From the IMG/VR virus record IMGVR_UViG_3300029998_000021: a DNA stretch of 14,699 nt. One strand, given 5' to 3'. The DNA comes from a virus. Taxonomy: Duplodnaviria; Heunggongvirae; Uroviricota; Caudoviricetes. Below the pieces are notes generated by a model. That model was not told the origin of the DNA, ran no database searches, and worked only from the letters and a program-made list of their open reading frames with translations. Below, one piece after another: positions 7,769 through 14,150 of this stretch. A program made the translations under genes and the position numbers. Position 1 is the first letter of the stretch; every line of letters begins with the position of its first letter.

Positions 7769-10160
7769 AAGAATTTAATTTATCAAATACTGATTTAAAT
7801 CTATCTAACTGTGAATCAGATAATTTAGAGCCGTCAACAAGACGATTTTCAGTGATTAATTGTTTTGAAGGTTTTTCGTTTGTATACCTTTCTAAATCTC
7901 TACTAAACCAGAAACTCTCAAATTTTTGTACTGTATCTAAGGCAGGGAATAATCTTGAAGATGTCAAGATTTGGTTTTTTACATTTGTGTCGAGTTTTTC
8001 CCAAATTGGTGTTAATTCTGATGGCATTGCATCAAGTAATAATTCATTAAATGACTTTTTCTTTGGAGAAAGAGCTTCATTGATGATTGATAAAACTTGT
8101 GCTTCTGAAGTGTACTTACCTTCGCTTTCTTTTAATGCGATTTTAACTTTAACTTTATCGTCATTACTTAAGTTATAATAAGCTGTTTTTCTCTTTTCTG
8201 TTAAGAACATCAAGAAATGTGGTTGATCTGTTTCTGAAGCTTTACGTTTTTTAGTTTCAAGGATCAAAGTATTTAAATTTTCTGTTAATCTGTTTTGAAC
8301 GTTTGTTAATCTGCTACCAAGTCTAGTAACTTTAGATTCATGAACCTCAACTTCTGGTTGTGCACCTTCAGCATCAGGAACGTCTAATTTAACAACAATC
8401 ATTCCATTTTGAGGATTAGTTGCTTGAACTTCACCTGTTTGATCACCAATAGCGACAGTTTCGCCAGGAGATGGCATACCTGTTACTTCACCTTCACCAG
8501 TATCTGTAAGAGCTGGTTCTTCAGTTGTTGGCTCAATTGGTTCTTCTGTTGGTAATTCTCCATCAGGTTCTCCGTCTTCAACTGGTTCTTCAACACCTTC
8601 TTCGCCTGTTGGTTCTTCGGTTGTTGGTTGATCTACAGTTGGTTCAGCTGTTGGTTCAGCGGTTGGTGTAGTTGCTGGTTCTTCATAATATTTATTAACA
8701 TCAACGTCGTCATCTTCATTAATAAATTGGAATTTACTTTCAAGAACTTTTCCAGTTTTTAAATGTTCTGTTAAAAGTTTTGAACCTTCAATAGTTTTAT
8801 CTAAACTTTCTGCAATATAATTAGTATAAGCCATTGCATCGTCTAGATTTTCAGCAATATACTCTGAATAAGAGATATTATTATCTACATGTTCTGCAAT
8901 ATATTCTGAATAAGCAATATTATTATCAAGATTTTCGGCTATATACTCTGAATAAACAATAGAGTTATCAAGATTTTCTGCTAAATATTCTGAATAAACA
9001 ATTGAATTATCAAGATTTTCTGCTAAGTATTGTGAGTACTCAATTGAATTGTCAAGATTTTCAGCGATATACTCTGAATAATCAATAGTTTTATCAAGAT
9101 TTTCAGCGATATATTCTGAATATTTGATATTTTTGTCAACATGTTCTGCAATATATTCTGAAAAGTCAATATTTTTATCCAAGGTTTCAGCGATATATTT
9201 ACCATAGTCAATAGATTTGTCTAGAGTTTCAGCTAAATACTCAGAATAATCACTTACTTTTTCTAAACTTTCAGCAAGATAGTCGTTGTGCTTAATTAAA
9301 TCGGTTGTAGTTTTTCTCAACTCAGCATTTTCTTTAACAACAATTGTCAAATTTTCTGCTAAATAATCTAAGTATTTGCCGATTTTTGTTTGTTGTTCTT
9401 GTAATTTTTCATAATAGCCTAGCATATCATTTAACTTAGAAGGATCAAAATCGCCTTTTGTTTTAATGGCTTCATTGATATTACCTTTGAATTTTTCAAT
9501 TTCTTCTGTTAAATAATTTGAATACTCAAGCATTTGTTTTTTGGTTACAAAGTCTTCATTCATTTTAAATAATTCATTAATTTTTGACTCGTCGGATATA
9601 TCATATACCCTAAAGTTGGCTGATTCATTAAATCCCAAACTTTCATTTAACGATTTAACTTCCATTCGTGCTGAACTAAATCCTGGATCAGCAACGGCAT
9701 CATAAGTAAATAACTTTTTAACAGTTACTGTTCCATCTGATTCTGTGATACCCGCAGCTCGAGACGACACGAAAATAGGACAACCATCATCAACAAGTGC
9801 TTTAGCCTCTTTACCCCAATGGGTATTAAGCAATCTAATTTCACCTTTAACTACGTTAGTTTCTTTAACGAAAAAGGCTTTTTCAATTGTGTGGGAAACT
9901 CTTGATAATGAAGTGTCAAAAACATCTGGGTGGTCAAATTCTCCATAAACAACTCCTAACTGATTCTTACGACTTATTAATTCGTTCAAGTGAGGGAGGA
10001 ACTTATCAGCAGTATATATCCTATCATTACGATTTTTGATATTGAATTCTGTGAATGTCCCTTCTAAAATGTACTGTCTATCTTTACCATTAGTAATAGA
10101 AGAGTGTTCATTTAGTTTTAGACCGTCCATGCAATGTTCTACAATAAGGACTGGTTTCAT
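7767..10160 (-). CDS. gp21: Prohead protease (gp21-like) fused to prohead core/scaffold (gp22-like), 797 aa from the ATG at 10160
   Basis: YILEGTF..FNIKNRNDRIY, GEFDHP (catalytic His), FVSSRAAG (catalytic Ser) and YDAVADPGF match T4 gp21 motifs. A long acidic coiled-coil/repeat region follows in the gp22 position. The track start at 10205 runs through the promoter, so MKPVL at 10160 is the likelier start. Confidence 0.88.
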   Translation of the reverse strand: MKPVLIVEHCMDGLKLNEHSSITNGKDRQYILEGTFTEFNIKNRNDRIYTADKFLPHLNELISRKNQLGVVYGEFDHPDVFDTSLSRVSHTIEKAFFVKETNVVKGEIRLLNTHWGKEAKALVDDGCPIFVSSRAAGITESDGTVTVKKLFTYDAVADPGFSSARMEVKSLNESLGFNESANFRVYDISDESKINELFKMNEDFVTKKQMLEYSNYLTEEIEKFKGNINEAIKTKGDFDPSKLNDMLGYYEKLQEQQTKIGKYLDYLAENLTIVVKENAELRKTTTDLIKHNDYLAESLEKVSDYSEYLAETLDKSIDYGKYIAETLDKNIDFSEYIAEHVDKNIKYSEYIAENLDKTIDYSEYIAENLDNSIEYSQYLAENLDNSIVYSEYLAENLDNSIVYSEYIAENLDNNIAYSEYIAEHVDNNISYSEYIAENLDDAMAYTNYIAESLDKTIEGSKLLTEHLKTGKVLESKFQFINEDDDVDVNKYYEEPATTPTAEPTAEPTVDQPTTEEPTGEEGVEEPVEDGEPDGELPTEEPIEPTTEEPALTDTGEGEVTGMPSPGETVAIGDQTGEVQATNPQNGMIVVKLDVPDAEGAQPEVEVHESKVTRLGSRLTNVQNRLTENLNTLILETKKRKASETDQPHFLMFLTEKRKTAYYNLSNDDKVKVKIALKESEGKYTSEAQVLSIINEALSPKKKSFNELLLDAMPSELTPIWEKLDTNVKNQILTSSRLFPALDTVQKFESFWFSRDLERYTNEKPSKQLITENRLVDGSKLSDSQLDRFKSVFDKLNS
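8790..9293 (-). repeat. Twelve in-frame 42-nt (14-aa) tandem repeats, consensus xYSEYIAENLDxxI
   Basis: KHNDYLAESLEKVS, DYSEYLAETLDKSI, DYGKYIAETLDKNI, DFSEYIAEHVDKNI, KYSEYIAENLDKTI, DYSEYIAENLDNSI, EYSQYLAENLDNSI, VYSEYLAENLDNSI, VYSEYIAENLDNNI, AYSEYIAEHVDNNI, SYSEYIAENLDDAM, AYTNYIAESLDKTI. Confidence 0.95.
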
Positions 10161-10181
10161 AAATTTTTTTGGTTTTTGTTT

Positions 10182-10219
10182 TATATATAAGTTAAAAAAT
10201 ACCATTTTTTTCTATTTTT
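10182..10219 (-). promoter_or_regulatory. Extended late promoter of the protease-scaffold gene (38-bp element, copy 2)
   Basis: Minus strand AAAAATAGAAAAAAATGGTATTTTTTAACTTATATATA, 33/38 identical to 7731-7768, about 21 nt upstream of the ATG at 10160. Confidence 0.7.
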
Positions 10220-10232
10220 GAATTAATCAACT

Positions 10233-10281
10233 ATTTAAAATGAAAAAACCAGATTTTTAATCTGGTTTTTTCATTTTAAAT
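10233..10281 (-). terminator. Long perfect inverted repeat, intrinsic terminator ending the portal/183-aa transcript
   Basis: ATTTAAAATGAAAAAACCAGA (10233-10253) pairs perfectly with TCTGGTTTTTTCATTTTAAAT (10261-10281). The CCAGA/TCTGG core is followed by T6 on both strands, and one arm overlaps the stop at 10276. Confidence 0.85.
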
Positions 10282-10827
10282 TGTATTCATAAAATCATCA
10301 ATATCATCATCAGTTTTCTTTATTACTACATTTTTAGGTTTTTTAGTAGTTTTAGTGTTGCTTTTTATTTCTACTTTTGTAGCAACTAATTTTTTATTTT
10401 CTTTTACTTCTTTTATCATTTCTTCAAGTGAAGGCTGTTTAAAAATTTCTTTTACTTCATCTTCTTTAATCTTTTCCAAAAATGCGGCATTTTCATCATC
10501 AGATTTTTTCATTTCTTCTTCAAAAGAATTTTCAGATTCAATTATTAATATTTTTTCTTTGACCCATTCTTCACTAAAATATGGGATGTTGTCTTCATTT
10601 ACAATATGCAATAAAGTTTCTGCTATTTCTGCTCTTTGAATTTTAGTTTTTTCTTCATTCTCAGTGTTAATGTCATATTTATAACCAGGAATCTTCAATT
10701 TTTTTAATTCGTTATCAATTATAACTTCATAATAATTATCGTTCTCACCTATAAATTTTTCTACATCTTCAATATCAAATATTTCATTGTGATATAAAAT
10801 TGATACTATTCTTCTATCTATACTCAT
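10276..10827 (-). CDS. Acidic/Lys-rich hypothetical protein in the T4 gp67/gp68 position, containing a segment paralogous to the portal C-terminus
   Basis: Lies between portal and protease. RAEIAETLLHIVNEDNIPYFSEEWVKEKIL aligns with portal RAEIASTLSSNLQDAEGKPYLSIEWIVRNIM. Confidence 0.7.
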   Translation of the reverse strand: MSIDRRIVSILYHNEIFDIEDVEKFIGENDNYYEVIIDNELKKLKIPGYKYDINTENEEKTKIQRAEIAETLLHIVNEDNIPYFSEEWVKEKILIIESENSFEEEMKKSDDENAAFLEKIKEDEVKEIFKQPSLEEMIKEVKENKKLVATKVEIKSNTKTTKKPKNVVIKKTDDDIDDFMNTI

Positions 10828-10843
10828 TATATTAAATTATTTT

Positions 10844-12634
10844 TTAAAATTCTGTACTACCTTGTGTTTGGCCTCCACCTTGTGCTTGCCCTCCGCCTTG
10901 TGCACCACCTTGTGCACCACCTTGTGCGCCACCAGTTTGTGGTGCTTGAGCCTGTCCACCTTGAAGGTTCTGTCCTCCACCCATTTCACCCTGAGGACCA
11001 CCCATTTCACCACCAGGTCCTCCCATATCAGGCATACTCATATCGCCGCCACCGCCTCCACCGAAGCCACCGCCACCACCGCCTTCACCTGGTGATGCTA
11101 GTCCGCTCATCATCTTATATTTATTATTAGATTCTATATCTTTATCAGTAAATTTCATAATATTTCTAACAATCCATTCAATACTTAGATATGGTTTACC
11201 TTCAGCATCTTGTAAATTGCTTGATAAAGTTGATGCTATTTCTGCTCTCTTAGATAAATTATTTAAATATTTCCATTCTTCAAATAAGTCATTAGAATTA
11301 AATTTCAATTTAATATAACTATCAAAAATTCTATCTTGTTCTAATTCAGGAAAATCTAAAACCATTTGAATTTTTAATGGTTTAACCAATATTTCTTTAA
11401 ATAAAGTCCTTAATCTATTAACAAAAGTCTTAAATCTAATTTCATCCATTGTTAATGATGATGTATCATCATAAAAAGCACCACCACCACTATCTTCATC
11501 TAATCTGGAAAATGGCATTTTAGATGCTCTTTTCAAACCTTTATAAAACCATTGAAGAGTAATATCTTCATTCAATTCTGCTTGTTGTGGTTGCTCAATA
11601 GTCATTTCTGGAGTACCAGCTTCTGATTGTGGAAACCAATAATCTTTTGAATGTGGTATTTTAGTTGATCCATTTATATAAGGAATACCAGTTCTATCAT
11701 CCCATTCGATATCTTCATGATATTCACTCATCAACTGTTGAATTTGTTGCTCTGCTTGTTGACGAGTTAAGCCACCAACAGGAATAATAAATTTTTTATA
11801 AATAGATGCTTGATTTAAATTATACATTAATTTTGTAAATTCTAATAATTTAAGTTGATTATAAGGTTTAATAAGTCCCTCAACATAAGATGTTTCATCA
11901 TAATCTAAGTTATTAGAATAGGAAATATAAATAATATTAGCATCTAATAATACTCTTCTTAATTGTGGAATATCTGGATTTTGAATCCAAACAACTGTAC
12001 CAGTTCCTGGCTCAGCAGCTACAATAAGAGTAAGTGGATCCAATAAGTTAAGGTCAATAATATTTTTTTGATTATCATCATAAACAATTTCAAACGCTAA
12101 AAATCCATCAATTAAAAATGTTTTCATATAATTCCAAGCTGTTAAGCCATCATTAAAATTAAACGCATTATAAATTCTTCTGAAATTCTCTTGGTATTTA
12201 GCTCTAATAGTTTGATCATAACTATCTGGTAAATCGGTTAAACTGCAAAAATAATTATCATCATCATACATTACCGCTTCTTCAGCAATTCTTGTAACAT
12301 AATCTTTTATTTCCTCTTTAATAGCATATTGATGTAAAATTTTTCTTTTATCTAAATATCTTCTATCTAAATATGCAATTGATTTCTTCTCTAATATTTT
12401 AGATATTATTTTCTTTGTGAATAAATCATACATATTTGTACCTGGCTCATAAAGCAAATTACTAGTATCTTGAAATGCGCCAACTGCTTGACTATTCTTA
12501 ACTACCATTTCTTGATCATCCATTCCAAAATTGCTCAATCTTTTTAGTAATTTATTACCAAAACTTCTTCCTACATTTCCTTTACCAAACTCATACATTG
12601 AATTTGGTTGATTATATCTGTTGTATGTTGCCAC
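10844..12634 (-). CDS. gp20: Portal protein, T4 gp20-like (GTG start, Gly/Gln-rich tail)
   Basis: IKPYNQLKLLE (T4 IKPANQLKLLE), KDYWF, QWFYKGLKRASKMPFSRL (T4 RWFRQALYMALRVPLSRI), TMDEIRFKTFVNRLRTLFKEILVKPLK (T4 [27 protein letters not shown]). Confidence 0.95.
   Translation of the reverse strand: MATYNRYNQPNSMYEFGKGNVGRSFGNKLLKRLSNFGMDDQEMVVKNSQAVGAFQDTSNLLYEPGTNMYDLFTKKIISKILEKKSIAYLDRRYLDKRKILHQYAIKEEIKDYVTRIAEEAVMYDDDNYFCSLTDLPDSYDQTIRAKYQENFRRIYNAFNFNDGLTAWNYMKTFLIDGFLAFEIVYDDNQKNIIDLNLLDPLTLIVAAEPGTGTVVWIQNPDIPQLRRVLLDANIIYISYSNNLDYDETSYVEGLIKPYNQLKLLEFTKLMYNLNQASIYKKFIIPVGGLTRQQAEQQIQQLMSEYHEDIEWDDRTGIPYINGSTKIPHSKDYWFPQSEAGTPEMTIEQPQQAELNEDITLQWFYKGLKRASKMPFSRLDEDSGGGAFYDDTSSLTMDEIRFKTFVNRLRTLFKEILVKPLKIQMVLDFPELEQDRIFDSYIKLKFNSNDLFEEWKYLNNLSKRAEIASTLSSNLQDAEGKPYLSIEWIVRNIMKFTDKDIESNNKYKMMSGLASPGEGGGGGGFGGGGGGDMSMPDMGGPGGEMGGPQGEMGGGQNLQGGQAQAPQTGGAQGGAQGGAQGGGQAQGGGQTQGSTEF
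10847..11092 (-). repeat. Gly/Gln/Met-rich low-complexity portal tail with GGAQ x3 (12-nt) repeats
   Basis: PGEGGGGGGFGGGGGGDMSMPDMGGPGGEMGGPQGEMGGGQ...GGAQGGAQGGAQGGGQAQGGGQTQGSTEF, visibly the most GC-rich stretch of the window. Confidence 0.9.
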
Positions 12635-12653
12635 GTTTATAATTATTTTTTAT

Positions 12654-12661
12654 TATATATT
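12654..12661 (-). promoter_or_regulatory. Putative late promoter -10 box AATATATA (portal)
   Basis: AATATATA 19 nt upstream of the portal GTG, preceded by a T6 run and an A7 tract. Confidence 0.6.
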
Positions 12662-12700
12662 AAAAAATGTTGTCTCAATTTTTTTAATAAAAAATATTCT

Positions 12701-12708
12701 TATCTTTG
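12701..12708 (+). promoter_or_regulatory. Bacteroidota-type primary sigma -7 element TAnnTTTG
   Basis: TATCTTTG 19 nt upstream of the ATG at 12728. No clear -33 TTTG element was found. Confidence 0.55.
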
Positions 12709-12727
12709 TATATTAAAATTTGAAATT

Positions 12728-12910
12728 ATGAAAGCAAAGCATCATTTAATCGTAGGAATTATATTTATTGCATTATTAGCATTTGAAATAATTGCATTCA
12801 CAGACATATTAAAAGAGCCTTATATGGTTGGTCTTTGCATATTCCTTGGATGTGTTGGTGGTTATAATTTAGGAATGGTATTTAATTATTGTTATTGGCA
12901 TAAAAAATAA
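12728..12910 (+). CDS. Small two-transmembrane-helix membrane protein (60 aa)
   Basis: MKAKHHLIVGIIFIALLAFEIIAF-TDILKEP-YMVGLCIFLGCVGGYNLGMVFNYCYWHKK: two hydrophobic segments and basic ends. The ATG at 12728 is preferred over the track start 12608, which overlaps the portal start. Confidence 0.7.
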   Translation: MKAKHHLIVGIIFIALLAFEIIAFTDILKEPYMVGLCIFLGCVGGYNLGMVFNYCYWHKK

Positions 12911-12923
12911 AACTATTGTGTTG

Positions 12924-13796
12924 TTATTCATTAAATTTACTTTTGAATATTTTCAATATAGCATTTCTTAATTTTTCAAAATGTTCAGTACTTAATAATT
13001 CTGTATCATTCAGAACTAAAATCTTATATGAATTAAACATTTTCAATAAAAATTCCACAGTTATTTTATCACTTAAAACTATTGTTTTTTCATATCTACT
13101 CAAATCTACATAATAACTTTTTCTTATTGATAAATACCAATATCTAAATAGCCAATGTGTATAATTAATTGGTTTCCTAAGCATAGTAATAGACATTAAT
13201 AACTCCTTTTCATATAAATTCCACACTTGAAAATATATTGACTTTAAATGAGGTATTGGAAAATGTGGATCTGTAAAAAATATTTTATTTTGAGTTTTAT
13301 GTACTAAATTATAATTATTGTTTAATGTCTGAGAAAAACAATCACTAGCAAATGGCCTATAATATTCTATTTCAGTCATATCAACTGGTAGATTATTTAT
13401 AAAAAATAATTCTTGTGGTATCACATCAATTATAAAAAAATCGTCATTAAATAATACAAATTTTTCAGATAATTCTGGTATTTTATGTAAAAATAATTCA
13501 ATAGTATTTGAATTAAATGTTGGCAAAAATTCATCAGGAATATAATCTCTATGATATACTATTTTTATTTTATTATTATTAATATTTTTATAAAGAGGAA
13601 TTTGAGATTCATCAGATACAATTAAAAATATTTTATTTACCCAAGGAGCATTTTTTAACATACATTCTATACAATAATAAAAATTATTCCAATTTCTATA
13701 ACGGCATTCTTCAACACCATTGCTATTATATTTTAAAAATTCTTTTTGCCATTTTTTATCATCAGCATCAACATAAGTTACTACAAAATCTATCAT
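12924..13796 (-). CDS. Stealth family (CpsY/SacB/XcbA-like) hexose-1-phosphate transferase
   Basis: CR1 IDFVVTYVD; CR2 RYRNW...APWVNKIFLIV...QIP...IVYH...LPTFNSNTIE..LHKIPELSEKFVLFNDDFF; CR3-like PHFPIPHLKS. Confidence 0.92.
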   Translation of the reverse strand: MIDFVVTYVDADDKKWQKEFLKYNSNGVEECRYRNWNNFYYCIECMLKNAPWVNKIFLIVSDESQIPLYKNINNNKIKIVYHRDYIPDEFLPTFNSNTIELFLHKIPELSEKFVLFNDDFFIIDVIPQELFFINNLPVDMTEIEYYRPFASDCFSQTLNNNYNLVHKTQNKIFFTDPHFPIPHLKSIYFQVWNLYEKELLMSITMLRKPINYTHWLFRYWYLSIRKSYYVDLSRYEKTIVLSDKITVEFLLKMFNSYKILVLNDTELLSTEHFEKLRNAILKIFKSKFNE

Positions 13797-13801
13797 GAAA
13801 T

Positions 13802-13809
13802 TATATATT
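13802..13809 (-). promoter_or_regulatory. Putative late promoter -10 box AATATATA (Stealth gene)
   Basis: AATATATA 5 nt upstream of the ATG at 13796, with an A6 tract ending 15 nt upstream of the box as in the MCP and protease promoters. Confidence 0.55.
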
Positions 13810-13847
13810 AAACATTGCTGGCTCTTTTTTATTTAATTATTATTCTT

Positions 13848-13855
13848 TATATTTG
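13848..13855 (+). promoter_or_regulatory. Bacteroidota-type -7 element TAnnTTTG
   Basis: TATATTTG followed by AAA-ATG (13859). The track's TTG start at 13853 lies inside this element. Confidence 0.55.
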
Positions 13856-13858
13856 AAA

Positions 13859-14116
13859 ATGAAAAAAATAATCTGTAAAAATAACACTTTTAGTCCAAAT
13901 TTTAAAAAAGATAAAATATATCATTACGAATATAATAATGGTATATATTCTATAATAGATGATTTTTCAATTTTATTTAAATTTGACAAAAAACATCAAA
14001 CATCTTTTCAAGATGTTTTTAATTTTAAGCCAAAAAACGCATTATTCGATGATTTTTTCTATGAACTTAAAGAATTTAGAAAATTAAAATTAGAAAAACT
14101 TTTAAAAATAACCTAA
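13859..14116 (+). CDS. Small hypothetical protein (85 aa) with basic C-terminal helix ELKEFRKLKLEKLL
   Basis: Open frame from the ATG at 13859, with its own promoter-like element, fitting the gap between two minus-strand genes. No recognisable family. Confidence 0.65.
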   Translation: MKKIICKNNTFSPNFKKDKIYHYEYNNGIYSIIDDFSILFKFDKKHQTSFQDVFNFKPKNALFDDFFYELKEFRKLKLEKLLKIT

Positions 14117-14150
14117 TTAAGTTAAAAACAACATAATTAACCAAAATAAG

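Noticed and set aside
8790-9293. 42-nt periodic repeats resembling a CRISPR array
   Set aside because: The units are contiguous, in frame and vary mostly at synonymous or conservative positions. There are no unique spacers and no cas genes, so this is a protein repeat.
10161-10205. N-terminal extension of the protease ORF given by the track (MVFFNLYIKQKPKKF)
   Set aside because: It runs through the conserved promoter element and the A-rich leader. The ATG at 10160 fits better. The track starts at 12608, 13853 and 14690 were rejected on similar grounds.
2721-10639. Short track ORFs 2721-2909, 4290-4517, 7852-8178, 9023-9211, 9745-9948, 10036-10221 and 10355-10639
   Set aside because: All lie mostly or wholly within well-supported long genes (antisense or alternate frame) and have no recognisable motifs.
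10862-11130. Plus-strand ORFs 10862-11095 and 10864-11130
   Set aside because: Antisense shadows of the GC-rich Gly/Gln portal tail, with no promoter or coding features of their own.
12916-13113. Plus-strand 65-aa ORF
   Set aside because: Antisense to the Stealth 3' end, non-ATG start, no supporting signals.
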